Origin: Bdellovibrionota bacterium
GTDB taxonomy: Bacteria; Bdellovibrionota; UBA1018; UBA923
NCBI GenBank assembly: GCA_040754655.1
Contig: JBFMCE010000049.1
Coordinates: forward strand, 1-26,773
DNA: 26,773 nucleotides
Direction of reading: 5' to 3'
Part shown: positions 1-9,143 of the stretch, piece by piece
How the letters are laid out: the number at the start of each line of letters is the position of its first letter
How positions within the stretch are numbered: the stretch's first letter is position 1
Position numbers and translations under genes: made by a program
The notes under the pieces: generated by a model
Told to the model about the DNA's origin: nothing
Seen by the model: the letters and a program-made list of their open reading frames with translations, nothing else
The model's database searches: none

Positions 1-110
1 AATAAAGTTCTGTGGTTTTGTAGTTCTTAAGGATATAAAGGCCCCAAGAAATAAAACATTCTGCAGAAGATTTGCTCCTTTGAATAAAATAGCCCTCTTA
101 AGGAGTTCCT

Positions 111-1073
111 ATGAAGTTCGATAAAAAGACCCCGTTCTACGTAGCGATCGCGCTGGCAGTGTCACTGGCCGCATGCTCAAAAAAGAGCCCTGTAAGCAAG
201 CCTGGCGCTTCAGATGACGAAAACAAGCAAGAAGCAACCGCTCAGGCAAGCCAGGGTGAAAAGTCACCAGCTGAGATCTTGATTGATCTTGCAAGCGCGT
301 TTGGGCAACAAGATGCCGTGCGCGCCGAGGCCGGTGCTGAAGGCTGGGAAACGAAGATGAGCGAGCTTGAGGCCCAAGGCGTCTATAACTTTCATCAAGA
401 TGGCGGTTGTAAATTTTTGGAACCTATCCGTTCTCTTGTCCTAGAAGAATTGAACGCAAGCACCAAGGCTCAGTGCGAGATCGTAAAACTTGATCGCGAT
501 GTTTGTGAATCTTTGGTGGCAAGTGGTGAAGACATCATCAGCTATCGTGACCAGATCTTGTCTGCATGCGATGCTGAACAAGAAGGCAAAGATGAGCAAG
601 AAAAGAAAGACAATCTACACAATAAGATCATCAACAACATGACGGAGCTTGGCGACCTCTTGCTCAGTTACAAGTACTTTCTTTCTCCTGTAATGACTGA
701 AGCGGATGCTGTAGAACCAGTAGAACAGGAACAAGAAACTGAGTCACCAGCTGTCGCTGAGGCACAGCCTCAACCCGGTCCGTCACCGGAAGTCGTGAAA
801 ACTACGACGACAACCGTTGACGCTGAAACAATCGCTCCGGTCTCAACGGCTACGGTTGGTGTTGAGAACAAGGCGCCGGAATTGAAGAACCTTTCTGATG
901 AACAGATTCAAAGCATAGGTTTGCGAGGGCGCGGAGCTCCTCCGAGCCCCATTCCGGGACCAGAGCAACTGAAGAAGGAAGAAAAAACCTCGGAAAAGAG
1001 CGGTTTGATGAAGTTTATGGAACCTAAAAACTCTCTCTGGTTCCAACAACAGCTCAAGAAGCTTTTTGAATAG
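111..1073 (+). CDS. Lipoprotein of unknown function (paralog of 1106..1819) with a 4-Cys core and a long Pro/Thr/Glu-rich C-terminal region
   Basis: SD-like AAGGAG at 100-105. Basic N-terminus, hydrophobic stretch and lipobox LAA-C22 followed by SKK. Shares GVYNFxQDGGC and Cys spacing with the next ORF. Confidence 0.85.
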   Translation: MKFDKKTPFYVAIALAVSLAACSKKSPVSKPGASDDENKQEATAQASQGEKSPAEILIDLASAFGQQDAVRAEAGAEGWETKMSELEAQGVYNFHQDGGCKFLEPIRSLVLEELNASTKAQCEIVKLDRDVCESLVASGEDIISYRDQILSACDAEQEGKDEQEKKDNLHNKIINNMTELGDLLLSYKYFLSPVMTEADAVEPVEQEQETESPAVAEAQPQPGPSPEVVKTTTTTVDAETIAPVSTATVGVENKAPELKNLSDEQIQSIGLRGRGAPPSPIPGPEQLKKEEKTSEKSGLMKFMEPKNSLWFQQQLKKLFE

Positions 1074-1105
1074 TTCTTTAAATAGATGAAAAGGAAAAAT
1101 CATAT

Positions 1106-1819
1106 ATGAAGCCGATCAATCAATTGACCGCCGCGTTGGCGATGGGTGCGCTCGTCCTCTCATTCGGGGCTTGTTCAAAAAAAGACCCAAGCAAAACTAA
1201 AGGCAGCGAGAAGGAAGCTCAACAACAAACTGAAGAACAGGCTTCGGGTGCTTCTGCGGCCGGTCAGGTCGCTCAGTATCCTAAGCGCATCGTGGAACTT
1301 GCCGTTGAGCTTGAAAGGCAAAATTCGGTTGTGGTCGATAACGCGGATTGGGAAGCAGAGATCGCGGCACTGAAATCAAGGGGTGTATACAACTTCTGGC
1401 AAGATGGCGGCTGTCCCTTAGTGAAAGGTGTTTCTGATATCAGCGTTGAAGGCTTGAAGTCGAGCACTGGCGACGAATGTAAAAGACAGGGTCGCTCTCA
1501 AGACGATTGCGATGAGGCCGTGAAGCAAGCTGAAGAGATTGCCTTGAAAATCGCTGAGATTCGCCAAGATTGCGCCTCAGAGGTTGAAGGCCAAACCGCG
1601 GAAGAAAAAGCTAAAAACCTCTACTACCTTGTCGTTCTCAAGGTACAGGATTTAGGTGAGCTTGCGCGCGACTATGGCGATTATCTCGAACCGGGCGCTG
1701 AACCGGTAGCTGAAGTCACTGAAGACGATGTGATTGTTGAAGTCTTCGGACCGGCTTCCGTAGAAACCGCGACCAAGGCGCCGACAGCGACAGGCACCTC
1801 GACAAACACCCAAAAGTAA
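1106..1819 (+). CDS. Lipoprotein of unknown function (paralog of 111..1073)
   Basis: AAGGA upstream. Signal peptide ending FGA-C23-SKK. GVYNFWQDGGC motif and the same C-x21-C-x9-C-x20-C spacing as the upstream ORF. Confidence 0.85.
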   Translation: MKPINQLTAALAMGALVLSFGACSKKDPSKTKGSEKEAQQQTEEQASGASAAGQVAQYPKRIVELAVELERQNSVVVDNADWEAEIAALKSRGVYNFWQDGGCPLVKGVSDISVEGLKSSTGDECKRQGRSQDDCDEAVKQAEEIALKIAEIRQDCASEVEGQTAEEKAKNLYYLVVLKVQDLGELARDYGDYLEPGAEPVAEVTEDDVIVEVFGPASVETATKAPTATGTSTNTQK

Positions 1820-1850
1820 TCGCTGTTTCTCTAGTCGAAATAAAAAACCT

Positions 1851-1896
1851 AAAGCCCGTGTTTTTTTGAGAGCGATCTCAAAGGAATACGGGCTTT
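1851..1896 (+). terminator. 21-bp RNA hairpin with GCGA tetraloop; probable terminator or 3' stabiliser of the lipoprotein pair
   Basis: AAAGCCCGTGTTTTTTTGAGA-GCGA-TCTCAAAGGAATACGGGCTTT pairs fully on the + strand with three G-U pairs. Starts 31 nt after the stop at 1819. The U-tail is short. Confidence 0.6.
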
Positions 1897-1941
1897 CTAG
1901 CTTGCACTTCCGTAAAACCCACGCCATAAATAAAAACCACC

Positions 1942-3024
1942 ATGCCATCGCCCATTAAAAAAAAAACACCGTCAGATTCAGGCGCAGAATCTCATCCCAA
2001 AACTGCCTATGCCAAGGCAGGGGTTGATATCGTAAAGGCGGACCGTTTTGTTGAGACGCTTTCAAAAATGGTGAAGTCGACCCTAAACCCAAAGGTACAC
2101 AAGAGCATTGGAGGATACGCTTCACTGTACCAAATTGGTCCAAATCAATTCATCGCGGCGACAACTGACGGAGTCGGCACCAAGCTCAAGCTTGGATTTG
2201 AACTGAACCGGCACCATACGGTGGGAATCGATCTTGTGGCGATGTCGGTCAATGATTTGATTTGCGTGGGTGCCACGCCACTTTTTTTCCTCGATTATTT
2301 TGCCACCGGAAAACTTGACCTCAAGACTTCAACTGAAGTGATGCGTGGCATCGTCGAAGGATGCAAGCAAGGAAGAGTCGCTCTTATCGGGGGCGAGACG
2401 GCTGAGATGCCGGGAATTTACGCCAAGGGTGAATATGACCTCGCAGGATTTGCAGTAGGCTTAGTCGATCGAAAAGATTTGATCGATGGCGGGGGCGTTA
2501 AAGAGGGGGATCTTCTCTTAGGCCTTGAAAGCTCTGGACCTCACAGCAACGGCTTCTCTCTGATTCGAAAATTGCTCGACAAAAAACCCCGTGACGCAAA
2601 ATTAGTTCGCGAATGCTTTGAACCGACACGCATCTATGTCGATGCTGTGATCGCGTTGCGTAAGACGCTACGTCACAACTTAAAAGGGCTGGCGCACATC
2701 ACCGGAAGCGGCTTTCTCAACATCCCGCGCATCAACGATTGTTTTGATTATCAGATCCAGCTCCCAAGAAGTTTTAAAATTCCAAAACTCTTCCTTCAAC
2801 TTAAAACGCGCGGTAAGCTCTCTTGGGAAGAGCTCTACACCACCTTCAATATGGGTGTAGGCTTGGTTGCAGTGGTATCGCCGCAGACGTTTTCAAAGGC
2901 TGAACAAACGCTTCGTGCTTTGAAACTCAAGGCTCACTTGCTGGGCAGAGTAAAACGATCGAGACAGGGCTCTCGAATTTCGGTTCAGGGACCTGGGTTT
3001 GCGATCGAACTTCGATACGACTGA
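1942..3024 (+). CDS. purM: Phosphoribosylformylglycinamidine cyclo-ligase (AIR synthetase)
   Basis: Motifs YAKAGVDI, TDGVGTKL, GIDLVAMSVNDL, PLFFLDY, GGETAEMPG, SSGPHSNGFSL, AHITGSG and TFNMGVG. Confidence 0.97.
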   Translation: MPSPIKKKTPSDSGAESHPKTAYAKAGVDIVKADRFVETLSKMVKSTLNPKVHKSIGGYASLYQIGPNQFIAATTDGVGTKLKLGFELNRHHTVGIDLVAMSVNDLICVGATPLFFLDYFATGKLDLKTSTEVMRGIVEGCKQGRVALIGGETAEMPGIYAKGEYDLAGFAVGLVDRKDLIDGGGVKEGDLLLGLESSGPHSNGFSLIRKLLDKKPRDAKLVRECFEPTRIYVDAVIALRKTLRHNLKGLAHITGSGFLNIPRINDCFDYQIQLPRSFKIPKLFLQLKTRGKLSWEELYTTFNMGVGLVAVVSPQTFSKAEQTLRALKLKAHLLGRVKRSRQGSRISVQGPGFAIELRYD

Positions 3025-3054
3025 CCCAAGCCTGGGGGCCAAAAAAGGATTGCC

Positions 3055-5748
3055 GTGCTTCCAAAACAGGCATTTAAAGACATCATCGCTGACCTGCCTT
3101 GGGTAGACCGCTATCGCATTGTCGTTGGGTCGCTCGCAAGTCGTGAGACAGTGAAAGACGCCTTGCTTGATGAGATCCCGGTCGTTCCTTCTTGGGCAAT
3201 AGGCACGCTGAGTGAGTTTGCCACTCAGTTGTTGAAGGATTCAAAGATCACAACGCAATCCATGCTCTCGTTTTCTTCGCAATGCGACGCTCTTGAGTAT
3301 CTCGCGAAGAGCAACCTTCTCAAAACGCACGCACCCAAACTTTCAGCCCACATGCGCGCTCGTCCGGTTGTAGCGAAGATTGCTCGTTTTCTCTCGCAGC
3401 TCGATCGTTTCTATGTGACGACTGACGACCGTGAAGCTCTGGTCGAGTATTTTGAAGGCAAAGACAAGAGCCTCTCGGTCTTGCTTCGCGTGGTGAGCCA
3501 TCTCTGGGACCAGGACGAGTTTCTTCCTTTCAGCGAAGGACACGTTCTAAGGCAAACCCTTGAAGCGCTTGAGTCCGGCCGACTTCAAAAGCTTCCTCAA
3601 GAGGTGTGGCTATGGGCGTTTCAGGAGTTCACTCCGCTGGAAGAGACGCTTCTTGAGCGCCTGGGCGCGCAAGGGGTCAAACTCAAGTTCACGGCTCCCG
3701 AGAGCCTGTGCAAGATTTTCGAATCGCGGGCGAAACCGCCAGGATTTGAGTTCGTCGCTTTGGATTCTCCTCAGTCGGCAAAAAAAACATGGCGACCTCA
3801 CTCCGTGTGGGATGAACTTTCTTTTTTGAAAGAAAAACTCCAGTCACTTCGCGCACAGGGAGTGGAGTGGCGGGAGATCGCTCTTTTTGTTCCGCAAGAC
3901 GATCTTTACAAACGCATCGTACGGCAGAAACTTCGCGAGTGGAACGTGCCTTTGCTCGATCCCACTCTCTCTGGAGCCTGGAAGGATGAGGCGAGATGGG
4001 TTTGGTGGAGGGATTTTTTTCGCGCTTTGGCTGGCGGCCTGAAAGTCGAGGATGTGAGAGCTTGGTTGGGAAACGGTGAGCGCCGCAGGCAGCTCTTAGA
4101 GCTTGTGCATCGTCTTGGAGTTCACGCGGGCGCAAAAAGTTGGATGAAGATCTCAGGGCAAGTTGATATTCCGGAGCTGAAGATCTTGGTTGAGAGCGTC
4201 GACCTTTTCGGCAGAGTGATGGGCCCTGAAGATTTTAGGGCCTCCGTCGAGAAGCTTATCCCTCGCGTAGAAGAGATCTTGGGTCCGGGGCTTGAGTTTG
4301 ATACTCCGCTGATTCTTGATTTCGCCAGGCATCTCGTCGAAGACCGCCCTTATTTAGCGCAGTACCGAGCGCGACTCCCGCGTTACGTTGCTCTATTTGA
4401 AGAATTTCTTGAAGCAAAGGCGCGAACGCTCTCGTTGAGGTCCCAAGAGGGGGTGCGTTTTGTCGCGCATGGGGTTTGGTTGCCGCAACCGGTGAAACAC
4501 GCGTTTGCTTTAGGATTGAACTTGCTTGCGCGCCCTAAGCCGCCCCACGATCTTTGGGATTGGGAAGGGCTCGAGGTCAGGCAGGCATGGAATAAGTTGC
4601 ACTTTGGGATGCCTTGGCAAGAACGCATGGCGAGAGATGAGGTTTTACTCGAGCACGCGCTCACAGGGCATGCGGAAACAACCTTTTCATGCTTGAGCTA
4701 CGGCTTGGATGGAGCGCCTCTTCCAAAGGCATCGGCGCTGGCGCTTCAGATTTCCGCGGCTCCGACGGAATGTGAGGGCGGGCATGCGGCCGTGGGATGG
4801 AACCTGAAGCTGCACGAAACCTGGTCTGACGAAGGTTTGGCTCGCATTGAGCGTCCGGACCTTGCTCCTCAGTTTCCGTTGAGTGTTTCGGCGTTCGAAG
4901 ATTACTTGCGTTGTCCGTTTTTGTTTTACTCAAGGCACGTCCTGAAACTCAATCGTGAAGACAAGCTTGGCCTTGATCCCGACGCACGAGCGAGGGGTAC
5001 GGTCTTGCACCGGGCATTGGAAGAGTTTTTGAAACGAGAGATGGCGTCTCAACCCTTGACGTCGCTTGAAGAGGCGAGAAAGAAGTTGCGTGATCTCATC
5101 TCAGTTGAAGTCAGAAAAAACAAGCTTCCGGGAATGTATCGCCACGAGCCTCTTGTCAAAAAAGCTGTTTCCGTCATTCAAGCCAGCGGCGACCGGTGGC
5201 TTGAATGGGAGTTTGAGAACAGGAAAAAGCACCCAGGATTAAGGCCGATTGCGGTTGAGCTTCCGATCGAAGTCGAGCTTGCCGAAGGGGTGCGTTTGAA
5301 GGGAAAGATCGATCGCGTCGATTCTGACGGCAAGCACTGCGTGGTCATCGATTACAAATCTTCTTCGGCGCCCTTCATTGGAAACGAGATCCGTCAAGGA
5401 ATCGGAGCCCAGCTTCTGGTGTACGCCAGAGGGGTCGAGGTGGCCCGCAAGCTTGAACCCGCAGCCGCGTTTTATCTTTCGCTGGGTCGCAAGATTGATT
5501 CATCGAAAGGCGTGTTTTTTAAGAAGTTTAATAAACAGCTCCATACGACTCACGCCCGGAACTCGGGGCTTGTCGATGGCGAATTCGGCACTTTGTTCGA
5601 GCAAGTGAGCGAAAAATGGACTCAGGCGGCGGAACAATTGAAAAAAGGCGATTTTCACCCGAATCCCGCGCGGGGACGTAAGGAATGCGTCAATTGCGCG
5701 TATCAGAAGATTTGCGGCCATGAGGGAGAACCCCAAGATGGCCAATGA
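3055..5748 (+). CDS. addB: AddB-like subunit: degenerate helicase-like N-terminus plus PD-(D/E)XK nuclease with a four-Cys Fe-S staple
   Basis: LSVSAFEDYLRCPF, GTVLHRALE, GKIDRVD, VIDYKS, QLLVYA and C-terminal CVNCAYQKIC. Overlaps the downstream UvrD-type gene in addB-addA order. GTG start uncertain. Confidence 0.85.
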   Translation: MLPKQAFKDIIADLPWVDRYRIVVGSLASRETVKDALLDEIPVVPSWAIGTLSEFATQLLKDSKITTQSMLSFSSQCDALEYLAKSNLLKTHAPKLSAHMRARPVVAKIARFLSQLDRFYVTTDDREALVEYFEGKDKSLSVLLRVVSHLWDQDEFLPFSEGHVLRQTLEALESGRLQKLPQEVWLWAFQEFTPLEETLLERLGAQGVKLKFTAPESLCKIFESRAKPPGFEFVALDSPQSAKKTWRPHSVWDELSFLKEKLQSLRAQGVEWREIALFVPQDDLYKRIVRQKLREWNVPLLDPTLSGAWKDEARWVWWRDFFRALAGGLKVEDVRAWLGNGERRRQLLELVHRLGVHAGAKSWMKISGQVDIPELKILVESVDLFGRVMGPEDFRASVEKLIPRVEEILGPGLEFDTPLILDFARHLVEDRPYLAQYRARLPRYVALFEEFLEAKARTLSLRSQEGVRFVAHGVWLPQPVKHAFALGLNLLARPKPPHDLWDWEGLEVRQAWNKLHFGMPWQERMARDEVLLEHALTGHAETTFSCLSYGLDGAPLPKASALALQISAAPTECEGGHAAVGWNLKLHETWSDEGLARIERPDLAPQFPLSVSAFEDYLRCPFLFYSRHVLKLNREDKLGLDPDARARGTVLHRALEEFLKREMASQPLTSLEEARKKLRDLISVEVRKNKLPGMYRHEPLVKKAVSVIQASGDRWLEWEFENRKKHPGLRPIAVELPIEVELAEGVRLKGKIDRVDSDGKHCVVIDYKSSSAPFIGNEIRQGIGAQLLVYARGVEVARKLEPAAAFYLSLGRKIDSSKGVFFKKFNKQLHTTHARNSGLVDGEFGTLFEQVSEKWTQAAEQLKKGDFHPNPARGRKECVNCAYQKICGHEGEPQDGQ

Positions 5749-8347
5749 GCGCGAACGCGCGTGGACTTCGGAGCAACGAGAACTCATCGCGGTGGACGAA
5801 AAAGGCTTGCCACGCCTTGCTCGGGTGGCGGTCGCCGCCGATGCTGGGGCCGGAAAAACCTCGGTGCTCGTGCAACGCTTGCGCAATCTTGCTCGAGACA
5901 AACGCGTTCTTTGCGTGTCGTTCACCGAGCGTTCGAAAGCAGATCTCGAGGAGAGGCTGCACGACCTGTGGAATGCGGAAGTTTACACGATACATGGCTT
6001 CTGCGCCCGTTTGGTCTCCGAATTCGGTTCTTTGCTGGGTTTATCGCCGCTGCTCCGGATTCTTGATGCGGAAGAAGCCTCAGAGCTTTTTTACGCGTGT
6101 TTTGAGAAGGTTTACCGTAGGTCTCCGCCGCAGAACGCCGAACACGGGGTGCAAACATTTCTTCAGCTCTGCCAACGGGCGCACTCCAAAGGAGGCAAAG
6201 TCGAGATCATCGATTGCGCGCAGGCTGAGTCGGGCCTTGAAGGTTTCGTGGAGCAGGTTTTAGCTGAGTTTGAGTTGCTCAAAGCCCAAGTCAAAGCGCT
6301 TGAATATTCGGATCTCGAGCGCTTCGCACTAGAGCTGATCGAGCAACAGCAGATCGCCCAGGTCTTGCAGGGTCGATACTCGCATGTCTTCGTTGATGAG
6401 TTTCAAGACACAAGCCGGGAACAGTGCAGGTTCGTGAAGGCCCTGGCCGGCGCGCGTATTCCGTTGTTTGTCGTTGGCGACGTGAAACAAAGCATCTATC
6501 GGTTCAGGGGAGCTGATGTAGAGGTCTTTAAAGAGTTTGTAGCTGAATTGCCGCATCTGCGCAGGCTCTCGGCGAATTTTCGCTCGCATGTAGAGGTTAT
6601 TGATTCGGTCAACCGGGTATGCGCCCCCCTTCTTGAGGATTATGTCCCGATGCTGGCGAGCCGCCCTGAGTCCGGGCAGGCCGTTTATGATTCAACTTTG
6701 CCCCGAGTATGCAGAGTGACGAGCGAAAAAGATTCCGACGGCATAGCAGCGGTCTTGGCGAGGTTGCGTGCTCACGCGGTCGCTGACAGAGACGTGGTTT
6801 TGCTTTTGCGACGCGTCCGTGGGAACGAACGTCTTTTAACGGAATTAGTTGAACGCGGAATCCATGTTTCGACGGTGTCTTCCGCGAGCGCTTCGCTCGA
6901 TGATTCCCTTGGGAAACTCTTGAACCTTTGGATCTGGGCTTGCGAGCCGTGGCAGTCTTTGCGTGCGGCTCAAGTCGTGGTCGATTTTCCGTGGATTTTC
7001 GGGAATGAGATCAATTCCCGCCCGCTCCGCGCTGATCTCGCTTCGCATCTCACCAGGTTGGCTGAGCAGATTCAAGTGCCAACGCCGCTTAGTTGCGACG
7101 AGCTTTTGCGGCTTCTCGACGAGAAGTTCAAGCTGCGTGTTTATTTCGGATCTCTTTTTGAGCAATTCAACCTCTTCATCTTGAAACACCAGAGCCAAGG
7201 TTTGCTCGCGTCGACGCTTGCGCGCAGGTTTGATCGAAGCCTTGAAGATGAAGGCCAGGTCGGCGGTTTTTCGATGCTTGCGCCTCCGCCGAATTTATCA
7301 AACACATTGCGAGTCATGACGGTGCACAGCGCGAAGGGATTAGAGTTTCCCGTGGTGCTGCTCGCTGACCTTCAGGCCAGGCGAAGCGCGGGTGGCGCCA
7401 TCATCGCGCAAGATCGAAAGGTATGCTTGCTCGGGCGTGATGACAAAGGCGCGCTCGACAAGTCTTCTGACCAGGTGAAACAAGCTCTCGAAGCGGAAGA
7501 CAAGGCCGAGGCTCAAGAGAGCGCAAGATTGCTCTACGTCGCGATGACGCGGGCTAAAGAGAGCTTGTTTTTCGTTGATCGCCCTGATCCCGGCGAAGAA
7601 CAAAAAAAACCGACACAAAAAATTTCTTGGGCGGAGTGGATCCGCGCGGCGAAACCAAAAACATTGCCCGCAGGGGTTTTTGCGGTGGAACTCGCGTCCA
7701 ACGCCTCTGTGCCGCCGGTTGGTTCAAAAGAGGACTCAAATGAGCCGATCGCAGGTTTTGGCGCCCCGATAGAAGATGCGCAGCCCGCGTACACGCGTGC
7801 GCGCTTAGGGGTGACCGAGCTCGCGCAGCGCCTTGTTCAAAATGAACCGATGATTTCCCTTAACCCAAGAAACCAAAGCTCCCGGCCCAAAGCGCGCGAG
7901 TTTGGCGTCGCCATCCATCAGTACCTGGAGCTTGAAGACTGGGAAGGATTAAGGCTCTTTTCACGAGGGAACCAGATCGACCTCACTGCATTTTGGAAGT
8001 GGTTTGGCTCTGAAACTGGCCGCCAGGTGTTTGGAGGCGAACACCGCGCGTTTCGCGAATTTGCCTTCGAGTGGAAGACGAGCCAGGGGATCGTGGCGGG
8101 TCGGGTGGACCTTTTGGTCGAAGCGCGAGATGAGATTTGGATCATTGATTATAAGGTCGTCTCGGGGAAGCGGGATCGCGACGACTTTCTGGTGACCTAC
8201 AGGCCGCAGCTTGAGCTTTACGCCGAGGCCGTCAAAAAAATGACAGGCCATGATCGAGTCAGGGCTTTTCTTATTGATATCACCGCTGCAACGGATTCTG
8301 TTTGGCACGAAGTACTATTGATATCTGGCCATAAGCTGTTAGCCTGA
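5738..8347 (+). CDS. addA: AddA-like UvrD/RecB-family helicase-nuclease
   Basis: Walker A ADAGAGKT, TIHGFC, VDEFQDT, VGDVKQSIYRFRGAD, NFRS, MTVHSAKGLEFPVV and RLLYVAMTRAKE. Nuclease motifs GVAIHQYLE, GRVDLL, IIDYK and QLELY. Start 5738 preferred over 5720 because GAGGGAG lies 9 nt upstream. Confidence 0.9.
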   Translation: MANERERAWTSEQRELIAVDEKGLPRLARVAVAADAGAGKTSVLVQRLRNLARDKRVLCVSFTERSKADLEERLHDLWNAEVYTIHGFCARLVSEFGSLLGLSPLLRILDAEEASELFYACFEKVYRRSPPQNAEHGVQTFLQLCQRAHSKGGKVEIIDCAQAESGLEGFVEQVLAEFELLKAQVKALEYSDLERFALELIEQQQIAQVLQGRYSHVFVDEFQDTSREQCRFVKALAGARIPLFVVGDVKQSIYRFRGADVEVFKEFVAELPHLRRLSANFRSHVEVIDSVNRVCAPLLEDYVPMLASRPESGQAVYDSTLPRVCRVTSEKDSDGIAAVLARLRAHAVADRDVVLLLRRVRGNERLLTELVERGIHVSTVSSASASLDDSLGKLLNLWIWACEPWQSLRAAQVVVDFPWIFGNEINSRPLRADLASHLTRLAEQIQVPTPLSCDELLRLLDEKFKLRVYFGSLFEQFNLFILKHQSQGLLASTLARRFDRSLEDEGQVGGFSMLAPPPNLSNTLRVMTVHSAKGLEFPVVLLADLQARRSAGGAIIAQDRKVCLLGRDDKGALDKSSDQVKQALEAEDKAEAQESARLLYVAMTRAKESLFFVDRPDPGEEQKKPTQKISWAEWIRAAKPKTLPAGVFAVELASNASVPPVGSKEDSNEPIAGFGAPIEDAQPAYTRARLGVTELAQRLVQNEPMISLNPRNQSSRPKAREFGVAIHQYLELEDWEGLRLFSRGNQIDLTAFWKWFGSETGRQVFGGEHRAFREFAFEWKTSQGIVAGRVDLLVEARDEIWIIDYKVVSGKRDRDDFLVTYRPQLELYAEAVKKMTGHDRVRAFLIDITAATDSVWHEVLLISGHKLLA

Positions 8348-8351
8348 TAAT

Positions 8352-9128
8352 ATGTTGCGCCAATTTAAGGTAGGCTTTGGGGGAATCTCTGCAATCGTTT
8401 TGCTGGCGGCGGCGTACGCATCAAATGCGCTGGCGGAAAGCGACAACGATCAGCCTGGTTTTGTAGGCGATCGAAGCTTGTCCAGAGAAGCGGAAAACAG
8501 CGAAGACGACGAATACAATTTTTCCTGGCTTGATCCTGACAAGAAGGTTTACGTCCTCCAGAATCGAAAGTATCGCAAGGCGAATCGATTCGCGCTTTAC
8601 TTCTCGCTGGGGCCCAATCTCTCGGTTCCTTATCGCACCGAGTGGGCTTTCGTCCCGAGGGCCGGGTATTGGTTCACCGAACAACTAGGGATCGAGGTGC
8701 TGTACGGGATCTTGTCGAATTCTGACAATGACACCTTGAAAGCGCTTAGAAATGCGAGTCCCAGCGCGCTGCCTTTTGTACGGGAAAATCGCAGCTACAT
8801 GGGGGCTTTGTTCAACTGGTCCCCGTGGTACGCGAAGATCAATGTTTTCAACAAGATTCTTTACTTTGATTGGCTTTTCAATACCGGGGCAGGCCAGCTT
8901 ACGACCCGAGTCGATCAAAACACACGCGCCGATCAACCTCCGAACTTCAAGACCGAAACTCATTTCGCCTGGTTCTTCGGCACTGGCCATAAATTTTATG
9001 TGACCAAAGATGTTCTTTTTCGATGGGACCTGATCGGCATGCTTTATAGCGCGACGAGCGCAGACAACAGGACGAAACAGACAAAGAGCAATTTTGATTT
9101 CACCGTGGGCCTAGGCTACGCATTTTAA
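8352..9128 (+). CDS. Outer-membrane beta-barrel protein, GltA/GltB (NfsA/B)-like
   Basis: Signal peptide (…SNALA-ES), VYVLQNRKYRKANRF segment, WSPWYAKINVF motif, alternating aromatic strands and C-terminal GLGYAF (BAM-type terminal Phe). Directly precedes a GltC-like gene. Confidence 0.75.
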   Translation: MLRQFKVGFGGISAIVLLAAAYASNALAESDNDQPGFVGDRSLSREAENSEDDEYNFSWLDPDKKVYVLQNRKYRKANRFALYFSLGPNLSVPYRTEWAFVPRAGYWFTEQLGIEVLYGILSNSDNDTLKALRNASPSALPFVRENRSYMGALFNWSPWYAKINVFNKILYFDWLFNTGAGQLTTRVDQNTRADQPPNFKTETHFAWFFGTGHKFYVTKDVLFRWDLIGMLYSATSADNRTKQTKSNFDFTVGLGYAF

Positions 9129-9143
9129 CGAGATAGAGAGCAA

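Noticed and set aside
4870..5748. Fe-S PD-(D/E)XK nuclease next to a helicase, read as Cas4 or an anti-phage system
   Set aside because: The domain is the C-terminus of an 897-aa protein paired with a UvrD/RecB-type gene, which is the AddAB layout. No CRISPR repeats or cas genes were seen.
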